DNA from: Bacteroidales bacterium | GTDB lineage: Bacteria > Bacteroidota > Bacteroidia > Bacteroidales > UBA3824 | Direction of reading: 5' to 3' | NCBI GenBank assembly: GCA_017535325.1 | Contig: JAFXUC010000080.1 | Span: 1,213-65,212 of the forward strand | DNA: 64,000 nt | Part shown: positions 56,167 through 64,000 of the stretch, piece after piece | Position numbering within the stretch: the first letter of the stretch is position 1 | How the letters are laid out: each line of letters opens with the position of its first letter | Made by a program: the position numbers and the translations under genes | The notes under the pieces: generated by a model | What the model saw: only the letters and a program-made list of their open reading frames with translations | The model's database searches: none | What the model was told of the DNA's origin: nothing

Positions 56167-57270
56167 ATGAAAAAGCAATTAACAATTCTTTCCCTTTCTG
56201 CATTGACGTTGTTTTCGTGCGGGGGAAATCAATCTCAGACACAGAATGTTGCGGTTAAAACCGCTGACACTACGGCAAAAGTTTCAACTCCTGAACCTGA
56301 AACTCAAACGCCCAAAAAAATCGAACTTTCAGAGTCCGTTATGAAAGAAATCTGGAAACAGTGGGATTTGGAATACAAAGACAACGCCGAACCCGAATTT
56401 TCTTTCAGTAGCGTAAAATTCAAGGATTGGAGCGTTGTTTGCGAGGGCGAACTCAGGGCTTATCCGCTTGACGAAACCTCTTTGAAAGTCTATTCCGTTT
56501 ACAATCAATATTCTTCTGATCCTAAGGACGATTCTGACGGTTTTTACAAAATCGATATTTACGTATTCAAAGAAGGCAAACTAACTGAGACGGATTATCA
56601 GCCTGATTTGACTGTTGAAAACGGCGTGCGTGCCGATTTTTCCGTAACCGGCGACACGCTTACGATTTTGAAAAACGACGACTCGAAACTCCAATTTGCA
56701 AGAGACGGTGAAAAATTCGTCAAGATTGAAATAAAACCCGGCATTGCCGAGGAGATTTTCAAAAAAGAGTTTCCGAAAATCAAGGAGATTTACAGCCGCA
56801 ATCCGCTTTTGGCATCGGGCAGCGAACCTGAGGAGAGTGAAGGCTGCGATTCCGGCGAAGAGTTGGCTTGTTATCCGCTCAAAAACGGCGGATACCTTGT
56901 GGTTTTTAAACACGATTTCAGCGGACCGGGCTGCGCTTCTGAATATTCTTTCTGGGCAAAGAAGTATAATGACGGCAAACTTTCAGCGGTAAAAGACGTT
57001 TTGCCGGTTCCCGCTTTGGAGGATTTGCTCGATCCCGGCAAGGCTGCCGATTATAAAAAAGACGTGGACGAGTTCAGAAAAATGTTTCAAGAGGCTCCTG
57101 AAAATTATTTGTGTTACGAGTTTCAGCCGCCTGAGAGCCTTACAGTAAGGCTTCACCCTTGGGAATGTGAGGAGGCGTATTTCAACATGGACAAAGTAAT
57201 GAAAGACCCTTACAACGGAGACAAAGTTCCCGAATACAAATGGGACTGCGAGAAATTCGTAAAAAAATAA
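56167..57270 (+). CDS. lipoprotein, family member 5
   Basis: MKKQLTILSLSALTLFSCGGNQ. Upstream TATCTTTCGCC at 56137..56147. ...GGYLVVF...YNDGKLSAVKDVLPVP... and C-terminal YKWDCEKFVKK. Confidence 0.75.
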   Translation: MKKQLTILSLSALTLFSCGGNQSQTQNVAVKTADTTAKVSTPEPETQTPKKIELSESVMKEIWKQWDLEYKDNAEPEFSFSSVKFKDWSVVCEGELRAYPLDETSLKVYSVYNQYSSDPKDDSDGFYKIDIYVFKEGKLTETDYQPDLTVENGVRADFSVTGDTLTILKNDDSKLQFARDGEKFVKIEIKPGIAEEIFKKEFPKIKEIYSRNPLLASGSEPEESEGCDSGEELACYPLKNGGYLVVFKHDFSGPGCASEYSFWAKKYNDGKLSAVKDVLPVPALEDLLDPGKAADYKKDVDEFRKMFQEAPENYLCYEFQPPESLTVRLHPWECEEAYFNMDKVMKDPYNGDKVPEYKWDCEKFVKK

Positions 57271-57389
57271 AAAATTTTGTAAATTTTAAAAAAGTCAGTA
57301 TCTTGCGGCGTTTTTTCCGCGGCGTTTTCGCGGAGAAAGAAGACAAGTAATTTTTTTATTAAACAACTATTTTTAACAAATAAATTTAA

Positions 57390-57953
57390 ATGAAAAGAAC
57401 ACTTATGACTATCGCTGCGGCAGCATCGCTTTTGCTTGCTTCATGCGGCGGTAACGGCGGCAACAATGCCAACGGCGGCAACAACGGTGCGGCAACTGAA
57501 ACAAAGGCAGCGGCAGAAGAATTTGTTTTGCCCGTTGATCCTTCCGCAAAACTTGACAAGACTTTTGACCACGAGAAATTTACAGTTCAGTATCCCTCAA
57601 CGCTTGAACCCCAGACTACGTTAGGCTCTGATTTGTCTTTTGCAACCCCCGACGGCTCTGTAAAAATCACCGGCACATACAACACTGAGGGTGTAGCGGT
57701 TGCTGATTTGGCATCTATGGCTGAAAACATGAAAGCGGCTGCCGGCGCAATGGGCGAGACTGCTGAAAATCCCATTGTTAAAGGCAAGGCTTACGTCATC
57801 AAAAGCAAAACCGAAGACAAAGTGATTTATCATTACTGCGTTATGAAAGAAGACAAAGTCGGCATCATGGGCGATTTTGAAATGGAAAACGAGGCTGTTG
57901 CTGAATACGAAAAATACGTCGGCGCAGTGCTCAGTTCAATTAAGTTCAAATAA
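57390..57953 (+). CDS. lipoprotein (divergent signal peptide, G/N-rich linker)
   Basis: MKRTLMTIAAAASLLLASCGGNGGNNANGGNNG. The mature part is unrelated to the family. Confidence 0.65.
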   Translation: MKRTLMTIAAAASLLLASCGGNGGNNANGGNNGAATETKAAAEEFVLPVDPSAKLDKTFDHEKFTVQYPSTLEPQTTLGSDLSFATPDGSVKITGTYNTEGVAVADLASMAENMKAAAGAMGETAENPIVKGKAYVIKSKTEDKVIYHYCVMKEDKVGIMGDFEMENEAVAEYEKYVGAVLSSIKFK

Positions 57954-58114
57954 CAGAAAACTGAACTTTTTTTTGAAAAAAGTTTTTTATAGCACGGAAT
58001 CTTTTAGGTTCCGTGTTTTTTTGTTTAAATTAAAGGGGCGGGAGAGGAGTTTTCTTTTGGCACTTTTTTTGAATTTTCTTTGGAAAACGAAAATACGAAA
58101 AACTTCATAATAAA

Positions 58115-58972
58115 ATGTTTTTAACCTTTTTCAGTCAGGATATAAAAGTTTTTTTGGCAGAATGTACCTCTGATGTTACCGAATCAAGGCAAGAATTAAA
58201 AAGCGTTTTGCTTAGGGCGGGAATTGAAGTCGTTGAACCTCTTGATGGTAATATTGAAGAGGCTTTATCTTCTTGTGATTGTGCGGTTTATGTTTTGGGA
58301 ACTCTTAATTTTTACAGTCCTGACGGCGCGGGTTACGATACGCCGGCGGGTGTTCAGTACCGTCAGGGCAGACAGGTAAAAAAAGACGGCTTTAAAATAT
58401 TTCTATGGAATCCTACGGGGCTTATCAACACGCGGAATTTTTACATCAACAGCATACGCAGAGACATCGTTGAAAACACGATTTATTCTTCAACCACCTC
58501 GCCGATAGTTTTTACCGAGGATTTGAGAACGATAATGAACGTCAGGACGGCAGCCGTCAGCGATTTGTCAAGTGCGGACGTTTATTTTATTTACAACGAT
58601 TTGGACACTGAGAGCGCGAAAGAAATTCTCTCGATGCTTTCGGATATTGTCTCTGTTAAACCTCTGTGTATCAATATGAACTCTGATATTGAATACAACG
58701 AAAAAATCTCGTCGGAACTGCCGGTTTGCAAAATAGGCGTTGTTTATTACGATTATGCTTCTGACTGGGCTTTGAGTTTTTCGCGTCAGGTTTGGAAAGA
58801 TAACGGCGGACAGGGCGGAAAAACTCCGCTCCTTGTTGCCGCAAATCAGAGTCATGCCGACGCGGAGGCTTTGAAAAAGGTTTTGAAAGGCATTATGGAA
58901 TTTTCTGTCAACGACAAAACGCTGATTCCCCTCGATATTAAGATTTTTTTCGACAAAGCGGCGGAAAAATAA
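58115..58972 (+). CDS. hypothetical protein with an N-terminal DUF4062-like (TIR/deoxyribosyltransferase-like) module
   Basis: IKVFLAECTSDVTESRQELKSVLLRAGIEVVEP...CDCAVYVLG fits the DUF4062 pattern (VFxSS..D..eeR......G..v). A second similar module may begin at ADVYFIYNDLDTESAKEILSML. Confidence 0.4.
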   Translation: MFLTFFSQDIKVFLAECTSDVTESRQELKSVLLRAGIEVVEPLDGNIEEALSSCDCAVYVLGTLNFYSPDGAGYDTPAGVQYRQGRQVKKDGFKIFLWNPTGLINTRNFYINSIRRDIVENTIYSSTTSPIVFTEDLRTIMNVRTAAVSDLSSADVYFIYNDLDTESAKEILSMLSDIVSVKPLCINMNSDIEYNEKISSELPVCKIGVVYYDYASDWALSFSRQVWKDNGGQGGKTPLLVAANQSHADAEALKKVLKGIMEFSVNDKTLIPLDIKIFFDKAAEK

Positions 58973-59035
58973 ATTTTTTTTCAGGAAAAAAGTTACTACT
59001 TTTGCGCGGTAAAAAGTTTTTTTTGGGAAAAATGA

Positions 59036-59926
59036 ATGAGAAATATTTTTAAACTGCTGTTGGTAATCTTTCTTTTTTCTTCGTGTTTGGGACAGAGAAA
59101 AATCGCTTCGATTTTGCAGACCGCCAATCAGTTGTATTATGAAAAAAAATACGGTGAAGCATTTGAAAATTATTCACAAGTGCTTGATTATTACAATATC
59201 AAAGGTTTGACTCCGGGGGGTGAGGTTTTGGTCTCCGCCGGAAAGTGTCTTTTTTACACCGGTTCCCAGCGCAGGGCTGTGGAGTATTTTGACGATGCAA
59301 AAAAACATAATTACGAAGACGAGCAGTCCGCCTTTATGACAATTATGTATTACGAGACAGGACAGGATATTGACAAACAAATCGAAAGCCTTGAACATTA
59401 CGCCGAATTTTTTTCTTCCGGCGACGAAATAGAATACGTAAGGGAAAAACTTTTTGACAAATATTACGAAAAAGAAGATTACAGAAAAGTTTTCTACGCT
59501 TTCAACAATTTGCCGTTGGAAAAAACTGACAACATCGCCGTTTTGGAAAAATATTTCGTTGCGGCTCAACAAATCGGCAGTCAGAAAAAAACCGAAGAAA
59601 CCGCTCAAAAACTTTACAATCTCGACCCCAATAATTTTACGGGGCTGAGTTTTGTGGCAAAAAAAACTTTTAACGAGGCGGAAGAAGAGTTTTTGGAGGC
59701 GCAAAAAATCTACAACGCCAAGAAAACCAACGCCAATTTGAAAATTTTTAAAAAGAAACAGGAAGAGTTGAAACCGCGCTATACATTGGCAAAGGCTTAT
59801 TATACAAGACTTTACAAACTTTACAAACGTCCCTCTGACGCGGCGGATTTGGCTGTAATCTGTCAGAGACTGGGCGACAAAACAAACGCGGAATATTATA
59901 CCAAATTGTCAAAAAAGAAAAATTAA
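59036..59926 (+). CDS. TPR-like lipoprotein
   Basis: Lipobox FSSC. Helical-repeat sequence. Confidence 0.55.
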   Translation: MRNIFKLLLVIFLFSSCLGQRKIASILQTANQLYYEKKYGEAFENYSQVLDYYNIKGLTPGGEVLVSAGKCLFYTGSQRRAVEYFDDAKKHNYEDEQSAFMTIMYYETGQDIDKQIESLEHYAEFFSSGDEIEYVREKLFDKYYEKEDYRKVFYAFNNLPLEKTDNIAVLEKYFVAAQQIGSQKKTEETAQKLYNLDPNNFTGLSFVAKKTFNEAEEEFLEAQKIYNAKKTNANLKIFKKKQEELKPRYTLAKAYYTRLYKLYKRPSDAADLAVICQRLGDKTNAEYYTKLSKKKN

Positions 59927-59946
59927 AAAATAAAAATTTAAAGAAA

Positions 59947-60393
59947 ATGACGATAGAACAACAGATTCAGGAAGACATGAAGTCTGCCATGAAAGAAAAA
60001 AATCAACTTCGTTTGGCAGCAATCAGAGCAATCAAAGCCGAAATCCTTTTGGCTAAAACCTCAGGCAAGACCCCGGAACTTGCAGATTCCGACGTTTTGA
60101 AAATCATTCAGAAAATGGTAAAACAGCGTCAGGACTCCATCGCTATTTACAAGGAGCAGTCGCGCGAAGACTTGGTTGAGGAAGAAAGCAAACAGTTGGA
60201 ATTTATAAAATGTTATCTTCCAAAACAGATGAGTGCAGAGGAAGTGGAAGCCGCTGTAAAAGAGATTGTTGCAAAAACCGGCGCAACCTCAATCAAAGAA
60301 ATGGGCAAGGTTATGAAAGAGGCAAATTCTGCTTTGGCGGGAAAGGCTGAGTCAAAAGTTATTGCTGACTGTGTAAAAAAACTGTTGTCATAA
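59947..60393 (+). CDS. GatB/YqeY-domain protein
   Basis: IQEDMKSAMKEKNQLRLAAIRAIKAEI and EEESKQLEFIKCYLPKQMS are typical of YqeY. Confidence 0.85.
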   Translation: MTIEQQIQEDMKSAMKEKNQLRLAAIRAIKAEILLAKTSGKTPELADSDVLKIIQKMVKQRQDSIAIYKEQSREDLVEEESKQLEFIKCYLPKQMSAEEVEAAVKEIVAKTGATSIKEMGKVMKEANSALAGKAESKVIADCVKKLLS

Positions 60394-60927
60394 ATGCAGA
60401 AACTTTCAATGGAGCAACTCGGCAGGCTGTCGGTGGAGGAATACAAAAAAACTTCCAAAACGCCTGTCGTTGTTGTTTTGGACAATGTAAGAAGCGCACT
60501 GAACGTCGGAAGCGTTTTTAGAACCTCTGATGCTTTTAAACTGGAAAAAATTATGCTTTGCGGCATAACGGCAACTCCGCCTAATCCTGAAATCAGAAAA
60601 ACCGCCATCGGCGCGGAACAATCTGTTGATTTTGAGTATTTTAAAACCACCGTTGAGGCTGTTGAAACCTTAAAAAACGCGGGTTATAAAATTTTTGCCG
60701 TGGAGCAGGCAAAAGAGAGCATTCCGCTTAACGCCCTTGATTTGAGCGGCGTGGAAAAACTCGCCTTGGTTTTCGGCAACGAGGTAAAAGGCGTTGACGA
60801 TGCTGTAATGGAACTGTGTGAAAAATGTATAGAGATTCCGCAGTTCGGCACAAAACACTCTCTTAACGTGTCGGTGAGCGCGGGAATAGTAATTTGGGAA
60901 GTTTTTAACAGGTTAAAGAAAAGTTGA
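60394..60927 (+). CDS. SpoU/TrmH-family RNA 2'-O-methyltransferase
   Basis: LDNVRSALNVGSVFRTSDAF, LVFGNEVKGV, IPQFGTKHSLNVSVSAGIVIWE (SPOUT knot motifs). Confidence 0.85.
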   Translation: MQKLSMEQLGRLSVEEYKKTSKTPVVVVLDNVRSALNVGSVFRTSDAFKLEKIMLCGITATPPNPEIRKTAIGAEQSVDFEYFKTTVEAVETLKNAGYKIFAVEQAKESIPLNALDLSGVEKLALVFGNEVKGVDDAVMELCEKCIEIPQFGTKHSLNVSVSAGIVIWEVFNRLKKS

Positions 60928-60931
60928 CCGA

Positions 60932-62725
60932 ATGAAACGTATTTTTTTGTTAATAGTTTTGGCGTTGGTGCTGAAAATTTCTTGGGCGCAGTCTCAGGAC
61001 GACCTTCAATTGGCGTATTCTTATTACAGTGCGCAGGAATATGAAAAAGCATCGTATCTGTTTGAAAATATGTTTAATAAGACAAAATCCAAAACATATT
61101 TCATCTATTTTGTAAATTGTCTTTTGAACTCCGACAATTTTGACAAGGCTGAAAAAGCGGTCAAAAAACAGATTTCTTCATCAAAAAACGATTTAACATA
61201 TAAAATACTTCTCGGCTTTGTTTATCGCCGTCAGAATTTTATTGACAAAGCCGCGGCACAATACGAAGAGGCTCTTTCGCAAATCACCGCCGACAAAAAC
61301 CAGATTATCCAGTGCGCAAATATGTTTTCGTCGCTCAGCGAGCCTGACTGGGCCGAAAAAACTTATCTTAAAGGCAGAGACCTGACCGGAGAAAAATTTA
61401 CTTCGGAATTGTTTTCTGTTTATGCCTCGTCAAGAAATCAAAAAAAGATGGTTGAAACGGGGCTTGACCTCTTGGACGAAAATCCGCAGAATGTCTCAAC
61501 CGTTCAGGGAATGTTTCAGTATTACGTCAACAACGATATTAACAACGAATTTTATGACCTTTTGCGTTTGGGTATTTTGCAGAGGATTCAGAAAAGCCCT
61601 TCAACTGAGAAATCGGAACTTTTGATTTGGTTGTTTTTGCAGAAGAAAAATTTTAAGAGTGCGTTTATTCAGGCTAAGGCTTTGGACAAGAGGCTCAACG
61701 AGGAGGGTCAGCGTATGATTATTTTGGGCGATGAGGCTCTTAACGCGAAGGATTTTGAAACGGCTTCCGACTGTTATTCCTACGTCATGGAAGAAAAAGG
61801 CATTGAAAACCGTTATTACAAACGCGCGGTTTACGGGGTGCTGACTTCTATGTACGAGAGAATTGCGGGCGGTATGATAACGGATTCGTCAGAGATTTAC
61901 GCTTTGGAAAAACGTTACATAAAAACTTTTGAAGAGTTCGGTCTCAACAATCAGAGTGTCAACGATATAAAAAACTTTTCCATACTCGAAACCTATTATC
62001 TTAATTCTCCTGACAAGGCTAAAACGTGGGTTGAAAAAACTCTTAATGTCCCGTCTCTGAATTATTCTCAAAGAGCACAGTTGAATCTTACTTTGGGTAA
62101 TATAGAACTTTTTTCGGGCGACATTTGGGGTGCGGTTATGACTTTTGCAAAAGTTGAAAACGACAACAAGCAAAACGAATACGGCGACGAGGCTAAATTT
62201 AATAAAGCGCGGATTGCGTATTATACGGGCAATTTCAAATGGGCAGCCTCTCAGTTGGACGTTTTGAAAGCGGCTACTTCAAAACTTGTCGCAAACGACG
62301 CAATGGAACTTTCGCTTCTTATCACCGACAATCAGGACGCGGATTCGGTTTTGGAAATTTATGCACGCGGAGATATGTATTTTTCTCAAAATCAATTTGG
62401 AAAATCAGAAGCCTCGCTTGATTCCATTATTGAAAAATATTCAACTTCGCCCCTTGTGGACGAATGTTATTTCTTGAAAGCAAAGATTTATGAGCGCAAA
62501 CTTAATTGGCAAAAGGCGGCTGACTATTATAAAAAAGTTGCCGATGACTATTCTTATGATGTTTTGGCTGACAAGGCTGCGTATAATTTTGCGGAAATTT
62601 CTGCTTTCAGACTTTCAGACAAGGAAAAAGCGAAGGAATATTATATGAAAATTCTGACGGATTATCCGGGCAGTGTTTTTGCGACCTCGTCAAGAGAAAA
62701 ATACAGGGAATTGGAAAAGAAGTAA
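60932..62725 (+). CDS. TPR-repeat protein with signal peptide
   Basis: Signal peptide, multiple TPR-like helices, C-terminal YNFAEI...KAKEYYMKILTDYPGS. Confidence 0.6.
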   Translation: MKRIFLLIVLALVLKISWAQSQDDLQLAYSYYSAQEYEKASYLFENMFNKTKSKTYFIYFVNCLLNSDNFDKAEKAVKKQISSSKNDLTYKILLGFVYRRQNFIDKAAAQYEEALSQITADKNQIIQCANMFSSLSEPDWAEKTYLKGRDLTGEKFTSELFSVYASSRNQKKMVETGLDLLDENPQNVSTVQGMFQYYVNNDINNEFYDLLRLGILQRIQKSPSTEKSELLIWLFLQKKNFKSAFIQAKALDKRLNEEGQRMIILGDEALNAKDFETASDCYSYVMEEKGIENRYYKRAVYGVLTSMYERIAGGMITDSSEIYALEKRYIKTFEEFGLNNQSVNDIKNFSILETYYLNSPDKAKTWVEKTLNVPSLNYSQRAQLNLTLGNIELFSGDIWGAVMTFAKVENDNKQNEYGDEAKFNKARIAYYTGNFKWAASQLDVLKAATSKLVANDAMELSLLITDNQDADSVLEIYARGDMYFSQNQFGKSEASLDSIIEKYSTSPLVDECYFLKAKIYERKLNWQKAADYYKKVADDYSYDVLADKAAYNFAEISAFRLSDKEKAKEYYMKILTDYPGSVFATSSREKYRELEKK

Positions 62726-62857
62726 AATTATCGCCCTAAAAAAAGTTTACAATAACTTAATCTTGAAAATTTGTTAAATTTATAAAAAATAAAGAAATTT
62801 GGGCATAAAATAACAGCAGAATTAATATGAAAATCAACAACTTGGCACAAATATTGC

Positions 62858-62881
62858 GCATCGCATCGCATCGCATCGCAT
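62858..62881 (+). repeat. pentanucleotide microsatellite (GCATC) x 4.8
   Basis: GCATCGCATCGCATCGCATCGCAT, inside an 18-codon mini-ORF (62827..62883). Confidence 0.9.
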
Positions 62882-62939
62882 AAAAAATTTGCCCTTAAAC
62901 GTCTTGAAAAACCGGCGTTTGAGCCGTTGAATAATATAC

Positions 62940-62983
62940 ATCCCCTTGCGGACAAAAGTGAAGACTTCTGTCCGCAAGGGGAT
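62940..62983 (+). terminator. strong rho-independent terminator
   Basis: ATCCCCTTGCGGACA - 14 nt - TGTCCGCAAGGGGAT followed by TTTTGTTTTG. Confidence 0.75.
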
Positions 62984-63026
62984 TTTGTTTTGTAAGAATG
63001 TTTAATGTTTTAATCTATATAATAAT

Positions 63027-63206
63027 ATGAAAGATTTGAAAAATGCCGCCGAAGTAAAGGCAGCGGCAAACAAAAAGCCTTACGTTAAGCCCGATTTTGA
63101 GGTAATCGACCTCGAAGAGACGCCGAAACTTTTGGCGGCAAGCGGAGAATCAAAACCGACAGATGGCGGTGTTGGAACAAACGGTTTGAACATTTTTAAT
63201 TTGTAG
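63027..63206 (+). CDS. 59-aa small ORF, below the ORF-track cutoff
   Basis: MKDLKNAAEVKAAANKKPYVKPDFEVIDLEETPKLLAASGESKPTDGGVGTNGLNIFNL*. Confidence 0.35.
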   Translation: MKDLKNAAEVKAAANKKPYVKPDFEVIDLEETPKLLAASGESKPTDGGVGTNGLNIFNL

Positions 63207-63237
63207 TAATTAACCTTTTAAAAAAAATTGATTTAAA

Positions 63238-64000
63238 ATGAAAAGAAGATTTCTTTTAATTTCGATGTGTGCTGCGGTTATGTTTTTTTCATCTTGCAGC
63301 AAAGAAGACAACACTGTTGATACAAAAGAAGTTAACAATCAGACAGAGGTTAACGCTACAAAGGCTATAACTGTATCAGCAAAGCAAAAATCGTCAGTTT
63401 CAAAAGTTGCTTTGGGCAGCGAAAACCAAGGCAAATACGAAGAAGTATTTTCAGAAGGCGAAGTTTTGAAGTTGTATTTAAATGGCGAAGAAATAACAAC
63501 GCTTACACTTACAGACGGTGCAGGTAAAACAACGGCAACATTTAGCGGTGAAATTCCCCTTTCGGCAGACGGCAAGACTATTTCTGCAAAAATTCTTCCG
63601 AAAGAAACACCTTCGGGACTTACAGAGTGTGCTGATTTTGCGACTGCTGTAAGTAATTATGCTTCTTTATCAGGAACTTTTACATATAATGCCACTGCTG
63701 AAAATTTTGCTGTAACTCTTTATGATGAAGTTTCGTATTTTGTTGTAGAAACAAATAAGTTTTCAGAAGTTGACATTAATGACAATCCTTACAGCAGTTC
63801 TGTTGTTTTTGCTTTCAAAGAGAATCAAACTGTATTGAGTACAGCACTTGAACTTAACAGTGTTGAACTGTCAGCCGGCGGCAATGTTTATTTCAAGACG
63901 TTGAATGTGGTAACGGGTATCTCCCTCAACAAGACCTCAACAGAAATCACCGTAGGCGATAAAGAAACCTTGACGGCAACAATATCACCCGCCAATGCTA
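63238..64000 (+). CDS. lipoprotein with a Big_2 (bacterial Ig-like) domain, truncated by the window end
   Basis: Absent from the ORF track because it runs off the end. MKRRFLLISMCAAVMFFSSCSKED (lipobox). The last residues VTGISLNKTSTEITVGDKETLTATISPANA are a Big_2 signature. Confidence 0.7.
   Translation, partial: MKRRFLLISMCAAVMFFSSCSKEDNTVDTKEVNNQTEVNATKAITVSAKQKSSVSKVALGSENQGKYEEVFSEGEVLKLYLNGEEITTLTLTDGAGKTTATFSGEIPLSADGKTISAKILPKETPSGLTECADFATAVSNYASLSGTFTYNATAENFAVTLYDEVSYFVVETNKFSEVDINDNPYSSSVVFAFKENQTVLSTALELNSVELSAGGNVYFKTLNVVTGISLNKTSTEITVGDKETLTATISPANA

Noticed and set aside
62728-62955. 75-aa minus-strand ORF
   Set aside because: It reads through the GCATC microsatellite (CDAMRCDA) and into a terminator stem. 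No start context or motif was found, so it is likely spurious.

Overview
AT-rich chromosomal segment of Bacteroidota type. That assignment is inferred from three things: gene content, the near absence of Shine-Dalgarno sequences, and TAnnTTTG -7 promoter boxes starting about 30-35 nt upstream of many start codons. I used those boxes to correct several ORF-track starts. The housekeeping backbone is cysS, nadA, dut, rpiB, hemW, one tRNA-Met(CAT), tsaB, a UbiD-family decarboxylase, mnmE, a hemD-like gene, rnpA, a polyprenyl synthase, lspA, YqeY and a TrmH-family methylase. These are interspersed with MORN-repeat, TPR and lipoprotein genes. Accessory content: (1) A ~9.4-kb integrase-bearing element (25364..34751) sits in the 3' end of mnmE. 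It is flanked by a 19-nt imperfect direct repeat that spells the mnmE C-terminus FCIGK* twice. It carries a cI/Cro-like switch, VapBC, an excisionase-like HTH, a VirE-like P-loop protein, iterons and a Toprim primase, but no recognisable virion or transfer genes, so it resembles a phage satellite. (2) An operon encodes a 1079-aa STAND-type NTPase with a single transmembrane helix, a coiled coil and a C-terminal beta-propeller-like region, followed by a membrane-anchored SpoIIE/PP2C phosphatase (39804..44219). (3) Two tandem paralogous IIGP/YfjP-like small GTPases (53626..55338) lie next to a patatin lipoprotein. The first GTPase ends in a glycine-zipper membrane helix. Together they form a 3.7-kb opposite-strand block. 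(4) That block splits a family of five lipoprotein genes whose signal-peptide coding DNA is nearly identical while the mature parts diverge. (5) A YoeB-type toxin-antitoxin pair is also present. I saw no rRNA, CRISPR array, transposase or reverse transcriptase. All functional calls rest on motif recognition by eye, with no database search.
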